A stretch of 64,000 nucleotides of DNA from Octopus vulgaris (GCA_951406725.2 OX597816.1:74648001-74712000); one strand, 5' to 3'; positions 13,071-25,948 are shown, counted from the first letter of the stretch. Program-made: numbers and translations. Notes: generated by a model from the letters alone, not told the origin.

Positions 13071-13754
13071 CTGTATTTGTGTGTATGTGTAAGGCAATTT
13101 AATGTTTGCATAAAATTACACAAAATTAATTCAATTATTCTTAAACAACCCGTAAAAGAAAACACCTTTTAGAAAAATGTGTATTTTTCTACATTTTTCA
13201 GCCCCTTGTCTGACCGTAATCAAAGACTTCCAAACATAGCCACCATTTTGTTTTATCGATATTCAGTGCTAAATTATGCACTTTTTTTAAGACAACAGGG
13301 TGTGAGCTGCAGGCGGAGGAATAACAGAGTCGTTAGCGTATCAAACAAAATATTTTGCCTTATTTGTTGCTGATCTCTATTCCCCTAGTTCAAATTCTAC
13401 TAACGTCAACTTTTCCTTTTATCTTTTTTGGAGCAAGAAATAAAGCATAAGTTAAATACTAGGTTCTTTCATTTTTTGTCTCACCTTCTCTGTATGTTTG
13501 TCTCTCCTTCTCTCTAAGAATTGAGTAAATCAATGTCAAAATGGCATATTGTAAAAAAAAAAAACATCGGAAGGTGAACCAAATTTGTGCCCTCTAACGG
13601 GAATTCTGCAAAAATAATGCTTGTGAAGGGGAGGAAACTGCGTGTTGTCGTTCGTCAGCCTAACAGCGGAAGGAAGGCGAGGTGGTTTTTGAGTAAGATT
13701 TGAACGACTACGCAGAAGTCCCTGTAATATACGTATTTATTTATTTAGACGTCA

Positions 13755-14720
13755 TTGGGTTAATGACAACTCCGTTGCTTTACGTACACATAGCTGAAAT
13801 GGGATCTTTTCGGTTTGAACGGCAGTTTTTTCTAGCGGTGTCATATGAAATTGTCACCCATAATTATGACCCTAGTATCGATCTATTGCATTTCAATCTA
13901 TTTTAGGATTAGGGTTAGTTAGGGTTAGTTAGGGTTAGGGTTAGGGGTGGGGGGAAGGGTATCTTTTTTTCTTCACAAATGTAAATAAACCCAATCTGTT
14001 TCTTAAACGAGGGACATATTCATCCGGCACAGAATGTTGTTTACCTCAATAGACGTCACTGTTTGGTTGAAATTGCAGAAATTGAAGAAAAAAACAACAA
14101 ATATCTTACAAACTATAGAATTTTCCCCATAAGGCCAAGAGAAAAAGATGTTTTATAAACACATTCTACCAGTATACGAAGTTAAAAATTTTTTAGTTAC
14201 CTAGAAATTATGTTAAAAACTGCCGTTCAAACCGAAAAGATCCCTGAAATGTATTAAGAGCCGTTAGATATGTCGGTTATAGCCATTGTAGGGTTAACGA
14301 CGGCTCAGTAAATACTGCCTCACCAAATAAATAGCTGAATATATTAAAGATCACTCTTGTATCTGTTTTAGTTTTTATAGAGTTAACGGCAAATCAGCTG
14401 ATGACTGCCTTACCACTTCCCATACTTGAAATATATTAACATATTATGCATTTGCAATTTTAGTTGTTATACAATTAAGAACAGCTCAATAAATACTTCC
14501 AACGCAGTTGAATATATATTATGAGTGGGCTCACGTGTCTGTTTTTGTGATTACAGGGTTAACGACTGCTCAGCTTAAAGACTGTCTCAGCATCACACAT
14601 AGCTGAAATACATTAAGCGATTACTCATGTGTCTGTTCTAGTCGTTATAGGATTAACGACAGCGCAGTTAAAGACTGCCTCGCCAAATCACATAGTTGAA
14701 ATACATTAAGATATGATCCA
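13755..14720. repeat. Degenerate ~90-bp minisatellite (~6 units) interrupted by a MITE
   Basis: Recurring gggttaacgac..gctcag..actgcctc..atagctgaaata near 13757, 14291, 14380, 14556, 14650. Confidence 0.7.
13801..14244. mobile_element. MITE with ~29-bp TIRs, 6-bp TSD and internal TTAGGG-like repeats
   Basis: gggatcttttcggtttgaacggcagtttt / aaaactgccgttcaaaccgaaaagatccc; TGAAAT on both flanks. Confidence 0.9.
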
Positions 14721-15107
14721 TGTGTTTGTATTACAAAAGCCACAGCCTAGACGCACCTTTCCCAAAATATGCAACGAACTAAGTAAAATTTATATTCTGA
14801 GTACATTAAAGGAAAATCTCAACAACTATGCGAAACATGTTAATTTTTATAATAACGGATATAAGGATTGTAAAATGAAATAAGGTACACCTCTCTTCTG
14901 AAGTAGACCAATGAACGAGCTTCTAAACAACAGCAACAATAACAACAGGCCAATATCCTCGTCCTTAAATAACTAAGCTGCAATATCTGCTTACAAACAA
15001 GGTATGTGTAACAAATTTATGGCTAAACAAATAGAGAGAAAATGGAACTGCCAAAAAATTTCAAGCCTTTCCTTTTATTTCAAAATTGGCATTTTTTAAA
15101 AATCTTT

Positions 15108-15508
15108 CATCTTTTATCTGTTTCAGTCACTTGACTACGGCCATGCTGAGGCACCGCCTTGAAGAGTTTCAATCGAACAAATCGACACCAGGACTTATTC
15201 TTTGCAAGCCTGGTACTTATTCTATTGGTCTCTTTTGCCGAACAGCTAAGTTACGGTGACGTAAACACACCAGCATCGGTTGTCAAGCGATGTTGGAGGG
15301 ACAAACACAGACACATACACACATATATATTTATATATACATATATACGACAGGCTTCTTTCAGTTTCCGTCTACCAAATCCACTCACAAGGCCTTGGTC
15401 GGCCCGAGGCTGTAATAGAAGACACTTGCCCAAGGTGCCACGCAGAGGGACTGAACCTAGAACCATGTGGTTGGGAAACAAACTTCTTACCATACAACCA
15501 TGCCTGCA
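15108..15508 (-). mobile_element. SINE family A, full length
   Basis: Homologous to 7790-8177. Confidence 0.9.
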
Positions 15509-15676
15509 CCTAATTACTTTACTTTTTCGTATTTTTATTAAATTTTCATTCCCTACTGCGTGTTTATATTCCCGTGACCACCACCACCAAACAGGAATAT
15601 TCTGGAACGCAACAGCTTTTGAACTCAAATTACTTCATTTTTGTTTTTACTTACAATTGTTTATCAATTAAGTAAT

Positions 15677-16045
15677 TACTCTTTTACTCTTTTAATTGTT
15701 TCAGTCATTTGACTGCGGCCATGCTGGAGCATCGCCTTTAGTCGAGCAAATCTACCCCAGGACTTATTCTTTGTAAGCCGAGTACTTATTCTATCAGTCT
15801 CTTTTGCCGAACCGCTAAGTTACGGGGACGTAAACTCACCAACATCGGTTGTCAAGCGATGTTGGGGGGACAAACACAGACACACAAGGACAGACAAAGG
15901 GATTAAGTCGATTACATCGACCCCAGTGCGTAATTGGTACGTAATTTATCGACCTCGGCGGAATTTGAACTCAGAACGTAACAGCAGACGAAATACCGCT
16001 AAGCATTTCGCCCGGCGTGCTAACGTTTCTGCCAGCTCGCTGCCT
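15677..16045 (-). mobile_element. Fused SINE A 3' half and SINE B
   Basis: Family A sequence switches to family B around ggggacaaaca..caaggacagac (~15865-15895). Confidence 0.75.
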
Positions 16046-17262
16046 TTACTCCCTCTTCTAAACAAACACACCTCTACACATACACATACAAGTATGCACA
16101 TATACAAACCTAAGATAGAGGTAAAGCAGACCTTGGGCCGAAAAGCGAAGTCACTGATTCACTGGAAAGATCGCGAACAGCGACAATTTTTTAAGCGACA
16201 CATTAAACAAACGACTAGTTAATTAGTTGGTTAAATATTTAGCCACTAGCCTAACATTAAAGAAGTGAAACTGAACCTGTGCATGTGTTATTATTGGTGT
16301 AATGACTCTCCCAAAACATAATGAGATATGAAATCAGTATGACTAAAAGCATGGGAGAGAGGGCCCTGCATGGTTACGCCACCAGCTAGAAACATTTGAC
16401 AAATCTTCTTAATATTACATCCTTACCATCTTAAAATTAGAAGGACACGTTAGATAATATGGTCTCGAATGCGCAGTGCTTGGAAATCAAAACAGATGGT
16501 CATGGTTGGAACATAGGTTTGTTCAACCTGTAGTAATCAACAATTTATGAGCCAGCGATAAGGCTGTACGTACTCAGCCGAATTGCCAGAAATAGTAGCC
16601 AAAATTTCCTTCAAATCAAATCACAACGTCTTAAATAACGCTGGGAACATTTCGATATAGTAATCCTGGATAGCTCTAAAATACAGGATGATGATAGCTA
16701 GAATACTTGTGATCATGGGTTTCTACAATTTGGACTCAGCTGGAACAAAATAATAACAATATCTACAAGAGAGTCATCGAGACCTTTGATCGATCAAATA
16801 CTGGATGCTGTAGAACTGTTCAAAAGCAACGAACCGAGTACCTTATAAGAACAGACTGCATGTTTCAACAACAGCAGGAACTGTATAGAAAGAAACGCAT
16901 GTGATATGACAACGCTTTTTACATAGGGAACCTAACTGAGGTGTATTTGTGTGAGAGACAGCTTTTCGATCGCTTCTGCCACCTACCATTTTCAGGTGTT
17001 CTTTCCTTATAAATACAAATATTACTAGACTGGGCATGACAAGAGTCCTGAATAGAAGAAAAATAGGAAAGATAACTTCATATTCATATACTATAAAACA
17101 CATTAAAAAAATGTGCACACAGATATAATTGCACACATACGCACATACATAATATTTATACGTATACACACATGTATATGTGTGTGTGTGTGCGTGCGTA
17201 TGTGTATGTATCTGCGCGTTTGTATACATGCATGCATACATACATACATACACACGCACACG

Positions 17263-17295
<33 letters not shown>

Positions 17296-17957
17296 TTGTA
17301 TATATACAGATACATACATACATGTATATCATTCAACTTCAGTAGTAGTTGAATAATATTCTTAAGGCTGCAATTTTATACACGGCAGCATCTTTCAGAC
17401 CTTTGTCGCTAATTCAGTTCTTAACCAAATTTTTGATGAGGACTGGTCCCTAGCTACATTTTGGCATAGAAAAACTGAAATTTGATCCAGTAGAAAAAAA
17501 GCTTACATCAAAATTTCTAGCAACGTTATAGGAGAGGAAGTAAAGCCTCCAATCAAGTTTAGATCTAAATAACCTTTTTTTTTAAAAAAAAAGCAAAATA
17601 TATTTATTTTAGCTTCAATGACAGAAGAAAGCATGAGGAATTTCATAGTTTTGGTCCCATGCAACAAAAACTTGTATAAAAACTTGTGAGGTAAAATATC
17701 ATGAAAAAATATAAGTAAGGTAAAACATTTTTGAAGAGGACCTCATGCTGTAAGTAACGCCTCCAATCAAGTTTAGATCTAAATAACTTTTCTATTTTAA
17801 AAGCAAAATATGTTTAAATTTATCATTCAATTTTCAGTAAGGTAAAATCTTAAATTATTGACACATTTATTAATTAGCATAACAGCTTAGCCCGGGGAAA
17901 AAACATCGATTACATGGGAGAATGCGAACAAAATAAATAATATTCTTAAGATTATAA

Positions 17958-18695
17958 AGTACAGGACAAATTATTACACTTGGAAAAGTTCAGGACAAGT
18001 TATTACATCTGGTAATGTACAGAACAAGAAATATTTTACTTAAAATATTGCAAAGGATAAAATTTGAATATTAAAAATTATTTGATTTAAATTTACAAAG
18101 TAACATTATAACTTTTCAAAAAAAGGTACCATCATTTTGTTAAAATATTGACACACTAAAATCCTTAAAAAATGAGAGCCAGAAGTACCAATATAGCTAA
18201 AGTTTTATGCAAAGTAGAGTAGTATATAAGCTAGGCAAATTCATTATGTAAAAAATAGGCATTGGGTGAAGGCTAAAAATACGAGGACTTGGCAATAACT
18301 TAGGCAATAACTCAAGCAAATTTTACTGTGAATTTGTAGTTATAGGTAGATTATAGGTATTTATTATACTAACTTATGTACTACTATTATTTTTTATAAT
18401 GTATCTTCAAATTTCTAATCATTAATCAATAATTAAAAAAATGAATTATTTTAAAGTACAAAAAATATTTTGAGTTATTTTTTATTTTTAATAGAAGTAA
18501 CAAGTAATAACAAACAGAAGTAATAGCGTGTAATAAAACTTGTAGTTTTAATAAAAGCTAATATTTTCTAAATCTATTTATTTTATTTGAAATTTTATCC
18601 TTAGCTGCAATATTTTAAGTAAAACTTTTGTTCTGTACCTTACCAGATATAATAACCTGTCCTGTACTTTTCCAAGTGTAATAAATTTCTTGTAC
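17958..18695. mobile_element. Fold-back/MITE-like element with ~105-bp imperfect inverted repeats
   Basis: 17958-18065 is the reverse complement of 18589-18695. Confidence 0.65.
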
Positions 18696-19288
18696 TTCTC
18701 CACATATGAGCATCAAGGTATTCGATCAGTTCAATTCTCTTCTCATTAAACTGCCGCGTAAGTGGCTGAGTATTCCATAGGCACGTGCATCATTAACATT
18801 ATTCTTGTGTAGAACCAATGAGACACAACATGATAAGCCTGGAGCTTTGAATTTCTAGATTACTGTTTGTTGTGGAAGGATTCCGATCACCCCCTGAGCA
18901 GGTCACTGTAAACCGTGACTGAGAGTGTTTCACCTCGTGCAAAAGTAATCGTAGCGCGTCGTGTGATTACTTTCGTTTCCATTGCTTCGTTAAATTGTAT
19001 ATCGAACACCAGGATATAAAACTGTTGTAGTCCATTTGACATGCACCCACAGTTTCCGTCTACTCAATTTCATTCACAAGAATTGGGTCAACCCGAGACT
19101 ACAGCAAAAGATAGGAAGCCAATACGCCACGTAGTAGGAACGAATAGAAGACTTCACGAGTGCTAAGTTAACTTCTTTAACACAGATATATGAATGTGTG
19201 TGTGTGTATGCATGCGTGTGTGTGCATTTACATATATGTATTCAGATATGAATACAACCTATTTATATATATACACATACATACAACA

Positions 19289-19523
19289 TATTTATTTCTT
19301 TATTGCCCACAGGGGGCTAAACATGGAGGGGACAAACAAGGACAGACAAAGGGATTAAGTCGATTACATCGACCCCAGTGCGTAACCAGTACTTATTTAA
19401 TCGACCCCGAAAGGATGAAAGACAAAGTCGACCTCGGTGGAGTTTGAACTCAGAATGTAACGGCAGACGAAATATCGCTAAGCATTTCGCCGGGCGTGCT
19501 AACGGTTCTGCAAGCTCGCCGCC
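19289..19523 (-). mobile_element. SINE family B, full length
   Basis: Homologous to 11148-11378. Confidence 0.9.
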
Positions 19524-19574
19524 CTATACATACATACATACATACATACATACATACATACATACATACATACA

Positions 19575-19606
<32 letters not shown>

Positions 19607-19740
19607 CTGCACACAAACACACACACATATATATATGTATATGTATATGTATATACACACACATATATATATATACTCTCACACACACACAAACATACAC
19701 TGTCTCTCTCACACACATTTACATGCACAAACACACACAC

Positions 19741-19790
<50 letters not shown>

Positions 19791-20129
19791 CCAGCGCCAA
19801 ACACTAAGTAAAGTATGATATTACCTAGGGTACTAAAAAAGGTTGTCCTGTACAAATTCTGAGGCTTACCCTAATATGACCGCAGTCTAATGACTGAAAC
19901 AAGTAAAGAACATAAAATAAAAAAAGTCAAAAAACGTCAATAATAACGAGAGTGCTGGAGGCCACACCTAAAATCGTAGAGGATTGCGGATAGGGTTGCT
20001 GTGGGATGGCAAAGACAAGAGGATCATTGTAAAGTTATGACCTGTCATATAATTTAGTGTGAAATATCTAAAATTTTGCCAGATAACAGATATTTTTGAG
20101 GATGGGAATAATGATAATAATAATTATTT

Positions 20130-20562
20130 AAAACTTCGGCACAGGGCTAGCAATTTCAGGGGAAGCGGGTAGGTCGATTACATCAACCATAGTACTCAAC
20201 TGGTACTCATTATAGACTCCGAAAGGATAAAAGGAAAAGTGGAACTCGGCGGAATTTGAACTCAGAACGTGAAGACGGAAAAAATACCGGTAAGCATTTC
20301 GCCTGACGTGCTAACGATTCAACCAGAACGACGCCTCAGTGATGAGAATAATACTTTCTACTGTAGGTAGAAAGCCTGCAATTTTGAAGGAGAGGGCTAG
20401 TCGATAACATTGACCACGATGCTCTGATGGTACTCCTTTCATCTACCCCAAAGAGATAGAAGGCAAAGTCAACCTCGGCGATATTTGAATTCAGAAAGTA
20501 AACCCGGAAGAAATGTTGAACATTTTTCTCCACGTGCAAACGGTTCTGCCAGCTCGATGCCT
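20130..20562 (-). mobile_element. Two older SINE B-related copies in tandem
   Basis: Both carry gaatttgaa(c/t)tcagaa and aaaggcaaagtc-like motifs. Confidence 0.7.
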
Positions 20563-20582
20563 TAATAATAACGATAATGATG

Positions 20583-20641
<59 letters not shown>

Positions 20642-20642
<1 letters not shown>

Positions 20643-21172
20643 TGCCCTGATGTAGTACCAGGCAGTGGCTCTCGTGGCTTCTGATCTTAACTGATTGGAA
20701 GTGTTATCATGTACATTGTTTTGTCTTGGTATAAAAGATGGGCTACAGCAAATATTCTGCTTAATACCACAGAATTGCTTGTCAGTTGCTTGACCTTAAC
20801 CAGTTGAGCATATTTCTTGGTGGTTGACGATATGTGCATCTCTGATTGCGAGCAGAAGTAGTGGGGGAGCATCATAGCCATGTGTTGAGAGGGATTATTT
20901 GGGGTTTGAATAATTCACCTCTGGAAACATGGGTATTTTGTTCATCATCCTTAAAGAAACCTTATTCAGAGACCTTTTGAGTGGGATGGACTAAAAAGTC
21001 TAAGTGGACCCCACCTGCAAGGTCATGCACTGTTTATTTTGGTATGAAACCACTATGTTGCGCACATATGTTTGTGAGGCATGTGCTTGGTGTACCCTAA
21101 TCAGACAGGTAGTCATAATGGGTAAATTGGGCTTCGTGTATTTCTATCCCAGTGTCACTTTGATGGCATGTA
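20642..21172 (+). mobile_element. Non-coding interspersed repeat adjoining (TAA)n
   Basis: Homologous in reverse orientation to 24085-24355 and 24800-25250; all border (TAA)n. Confidence 0.8.
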
Positions 21173-21179
21173 TTGCCAC

Positions 21180-21480
21180 TCTAGAGAGTCGGGCTCATAA
21201 TCATGAAGTTGTGAGTTCGATTCCCGGACCGAGTTGCCTGTTGCTTTCTTGAGCAAGACACTTTATGTCATGTTGCTCCAGTTCACTCAGCTCTAGAAAT
21301 TAGTAGTGTCAAGCTCTATCGGCCTTTGCCTTTCCCTTGGATAACATTTGTGGCGTGGTGAGGGGATGGATGGTATGTATGGGCGACTGCTGTTTTCCAT
21401 AAACAACCTTGCCCGGACTTGTGCCTCAGATGGGAACTTTCTAGGTGCAATCCCATGGTCATTCATGACCGAAAGGGGTC
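21180..21480 (+). mobile_element. SINE-like repeat (C/D-related head)
   Basis: gagttcgattcccggacc B box; cttgagcaagacactt core. Confidence 0.6.
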
Positions 21481-21569
21481 TCCGTCTCCTTCGTAATAAT
21501 GGTACGAGTATAAACCAGAAGGCGTCACTGAGAATAACAATACACGATCTTGTGGGATCTCGCAATCCA

Positions 21570-21900
21570 GTGTGATTCAGACTGATGCTCGAAGACCAGA
21601 CATTGTTGTAGTGGATATTTGATGAAGAAAACCAAGATCAAAGATATTGCCATACCTGGGGATGTACGAGTAGGTGACAAAGAACCGGGAAAAGATTCTA
21701 CAAGCCGCTAAATGATTAAATTACACGAATGTGAGCAATGAAGAAAGGGATGCTGGAGGCATTAATAACCGGGTTTAAGAAATTTGTTAGAGAAATTTGT
21801 TGGTGGAAGTAGGATTGACATGAAGGTAAAACATACCCAGAAAACTGCTTTATCGGGGTACATCGAAGATTTGGGTATTAAGTATTGCGGAATAAGACCC
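21570..21900 (+). mobile_element. Highly decayed R4/Dong-like RLE fragment
   Basis: RRPDIVVV..IKDIAIPGDVRV resembles the PD..D motif region. Confidence 0.5.
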
Positions 21901-22583
21901 CGCGAGACCCTTGATAATAGGTTGTTGTCTGCTCTTATTGAATTAATCGGAGTAAGTGAAATCGAGAACTCGGAGCAAGTGAAATAGAGAGCTCTGAGAA
22001 GTGAAATGAAAATGATAATAATAATAATCGATAACAAAAAACAAAATCAAATACAAACTCCAAAAGTCCAAGGGACGTCCACGATTAACATTATATAGCT
22101 GGTGCTTAAAGAAGGAAAAAATTATAAATTATAAGCTAATGAGTAAAAAAGTATAAAGATTCGGTCAATGTCCACCAAAACATAACAAATGTGGCTCAAG
22201 AGTCACGAGTTACGTGCGGGGCATTTATCCTGCTATTTATAACCGAGAGCATGTATCTAATTTGCTGTGAATAACAACTACATATTCTATTACGATTTAA
22301 CGTAGGAGAGGCACGTAAAAATTAGAAATTTCGAACAATCGGCGTTTTGTACAAGGTTTAGCCTTGAGAATAAATAAAATGTTGAGAAACACGCAAACTT
22401 ACTCACGAACACAGACACACACATGCTAAAGAAGGTACACAATGTGGGCTGGGAACAGGGTACAGAATCTATGGGACTGCGAGACTGGGGTACACATTGT
22501 CAGGTAGAGAGAAGGGAGCTTTGTATAACTGAACTGGGACCCTGAATATCCTAAAACCGAGCACTCACACACACACATGCATA

Positions 22584-22631
<48 letters not shown>

Positions 22632-22710
22632 CACCATCATCATCATCATTTTACGCACAAGCATATATATATATCATAAACACACACACATACATATAAG
22701 TGTGTGTATG

Positions 22711-22752
<42 letters not shown>

Positions 22753-22757
<5 letters not shown>

Positions 22758-23047
22758 AATAGTAAAAAGTGAAAAAACTACAGAAGGCTTGTTTTAAAAG
22801 GTTAAAAAATATATATTTCAGTCAATATGTCTGAAGAATGTTATAAATCTTTTTCTTGTAAGAAAAAAATTTATAACATTCTTCAGACATATTGACTCAA
22901 ATATATATTTTTTAACCTTTTAAAACAAGCCTTCTGTAGTTTAAGAAAAAAATTTATAACATTCTTCAGACATATTGACTCAAATATATATTTTTTAACC
23001 TTTTAAAATAAGCGTTCTGTATTTTTTTCACTTTTTACTATTTTCTA
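22753..23047. repeat. Fold-back palindrome between (TA)n arrays, right arm tandemly duplicated
   Basis: 22753-22857 inverted at 22859-22941 and again at 22942-23047. Confidence 0.85.
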
Positions 23048-23095
23048 TATATTCAACCACGTGCTTCCACAAACCAACTTTCTCATCTATATATA

Positions 23096-23145
<50 letters not shown>

Positions 23146-24024
23146 TATATACACACACACACATATGTATATATATATACACACACACACACACACTGTT
23201 ATTAATCCAAACAGTTGGATGAAGATAAGAAATGAAGTTGAAAAAGCACACAGAATTTCTTAGAATTAATTAGAATTCAATTATATTTAAAATTATAGAA
23301 ATTCACATGACCAGTTTCACAACAGATTTTCGAAAGTGTATGTACATGAATAGTGTGTGTGTGTGTTTGTGTGTGTGTGTGTATTCATAAATATGCAAAC
23401 CAAGGGGTCACTCTAACTGATATAAGCATGTAAATTTAGTATACTTGTACATACGAATATATACACATCAGAACATAAAATATACATATATATTATATCC
23501 GAAGAAATATAATGACATGACGATCTACTCACACACAGAACATAACAATGACATAAACTTCTTGCATACAATTTTACATGTAGTTTTTCAACTGCATTTT
23601 TCAGCCTGTGTAAAGAGAGTAATTTTAGAAAAATGCATGCTAAAGAAGATACGCGAAGTGGTCTGGGAATAAGGTGTGGAATTTATAAGACCGGGTGACT
23701 GGGGTGACAGGCAGAGAGAATGGAGTTTTGTAGAACTGACCTGGGGCGCTAAATATCCTGAAACCGAGCACTCACACACAAACACACACGCATGTATGAT
23801 TATTATTATTATTATCATCATCATCATCATCATCATTATTATTGATTGATTTGACTCAAGTTTGGTCTCATGTCTGGCAGATTCATGTGGGTCACAGGTT
23901 ACTACTTGTAACCTTAGGTATCCACTAGCTTTCTATAATCTTTCTTTGAAGTGCTTAGAACTCTCCTGATAATCTTTCCCGTCCATAAGAGGCAAACTCT
24001 GTAGAAGATTTACAATAAATTATC

Positions 24025-24083
<59 letters not shown>

Positions 24084-24084
24084 T

Positions 24085-24355
24085 GCGTGAGAGAGCAGTG
24101 CATGCCATCAAAGTGACACTGGGGTAAAATATACGAAGCCCAGTATACCCATCATGACTACCCGTCTGATAAGGGTACACCAGGCACATGCATCACAACC
24201 ATACGTGCGCGACAGGATGATCTCATGTCAAGATAAACAGCGCATGACCTTGCAGGTGGGGCCCAGTTAGAATTTTCTTCTGGTCGAGTAACCCATCCCA
24301 CTCAAAAGGTCCCTGAATAAGGATTGTTTAAGGATGTTGAACGAACCAGTCATGT
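24085..24355 (-). mobile_element. Copy of the (TAA)n-associated repeat
   Basis: Reverse complement of ~20925-21172. Confidence 0.8.
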
Positions 24356-24365
24356 TGTTGTTGTA

Positions 24366-24434
<69 letters not shown>

Positions 24435-24645
24435 CCGGCGAGCTGACAGAATCGTTAGCACGCCGAGCGAAATGCTTTGCGGTATTTCGTCTGCCGCTAC
24501 GTTCTGAGTTCAAATTCCGCCGAGATCGACTTTGCCTTTCATCCTTTCGGGGTCGATAACTTAAGCACCAGTTACGCACTGGAGTCGATGTAATCGACCT
24601 ACCCCGCCACCAAATTTCAGGCCCTGTACCCATAGTAGAAAGGAT
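24435..24645 (+). mobile_element. SINE family B
   Basis: ggcgagctgacagaatcgttagc..gagttcaaattccgcc. Confidence 0.9.
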
Positions 24646-24677
24646 TATTATTATTACTATTATCATCATCATCATCA

Positions 24678-24738
<61 letters not shown>

Positions 24739-24750
24739 CATTATTATTAA

Positions 24751-24799
<49 letters not shown>

Positions 24800-25250
24800 T
24801 AGTGCAATTAGTACATGCCATCAAAGTGACACTGGATCACAAATATACGAAGGCCAATATAGCCATCCTGACTACACGTCAGATAAGGGTACATTAGGCA
24901 CATATGTTACAACCATATATGCGCAACATGGTGACTTCATATTAAGAACAGCGCATGATCTTGTTGTTTGGTCCCAGTTAAAATTTTCTTCCGGTCGAGT
25001 AGCCCATCCAGCTCAAAAGGTCTCTGAATAAAAATTATTTAGGGATGGATGGTGAACGAAACATACGTGTAACCAAGGGTGAATTTCTCAAACTCCAAAG
25101 AATCCTTCTCAGTATGTTTCCCCACTACTCCTACCTGTAATCAGAGATGCACATATCGTCAACCACTAAGGGACATACTCAACCTTACGCTGATGGGTAG
25201 AGTATTTGTCGTGGCCCGTCTTTTACACCAAGACAAAACCTGTATTTTAA
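24800..25250 (-). mobile_element. Older copy of the (TAA)n-associated repeat
   Basis: Reverse complement of ~20715-21172. Confidence 0.75.
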
Positions 25251-25501
25251 AACTTATTATTATCATTATTATTTTTTTTTTTATTATTACTTTTTTTTTC
25301 TTCTTTCAAATTTGCTTCCATTTCTTGCCGAGTGTCTTCCCGACTCCTAGGGCAAAGAAACTCATAGTATACATTGGTAGGCCATTAAACCAAACTCAAT
25401 AGTTCTTTCATTTTTTTTTTTTTTTTAAGTTAAATTAAAATACATGAGCAGCAACAGTTCTCACATCGACAATGCTCTTCTCAATACGTGTGATGTACCA
25501 G

Positions 25502-25634
25502 TTAAGACAATATTTTGCACGGTAAGCCAGGGATCATTCTCATATAATTTTCGGTTCCCTTCTTGATCATTCCTAGTGCTCCTACGATCACTGGTATTGT
25601 AACCGCCTTGAGATGCCACATTTTCTCAATTTCA

Positions 25635-25636
<2 letters not shown>
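25502..25636 (-). mobile_element. R4/Dong-like RLE 3' fragment next to (TAA)n
   Basis: IEIEKMWHLKAVTIPVIVGALGMIKKGTENYMRMIPG. Confidence 0.8.
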
Positions 25637-25688
<52 letters not shown>

Positions 25689-25782
25689 TTAAACAGCCTG
25701 ATACAAGTTTCTTTGGGTTCTCGTCGGGCATGTCGGCCGAATGTGTGTGAGTATATACACACACTCACACACATTCGGCCAA

Positions 25783-25832
25783 CTTGACCGACGAGCTAGG
25801 CTCCTGTAAGGACCCTGAGAAATTTTATCAGG
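25783..25832 (+). ncRNA. Hammerhead-like motif (CCGACGA core) in palindromic insert 25691-25838
   Basis: Helix I cttga/tcagg; core CCGACGA; helix II tagg/cctg + tcc/gga; GAAA-TTT-TA (decayed helix III). Confidence 0.45.
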
Positions 25833-25836
25833 CTGT

Positions 25837-25867
<31 letters not shown>

Positions 25868-25915
25868 AAGAAGAAGAAGAAGAAGAAGAAGAAGAAGAAG
25901 AAGAAGAAGAAGAAG

Positions 25916-25948
<33 letters not shown>

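Noticed and set aside
13755-14720. CRISPR-like repeat-spacer array
   Set aside because: Eukaryotic context, whole units are homologous (no unique spacers) and no cas genes; a minisatellite
15159-15671. 170-aa ORF with apparent signal peptide
   Set aside because: Antisense translation of SINE family A; the same peptide recurs at other copies
20642-20710. HDV-like or twister ribozyme at the start of the TAA-associated repeat
   Set aside because: Could not assign the required nested pseudoknot pairings by eye
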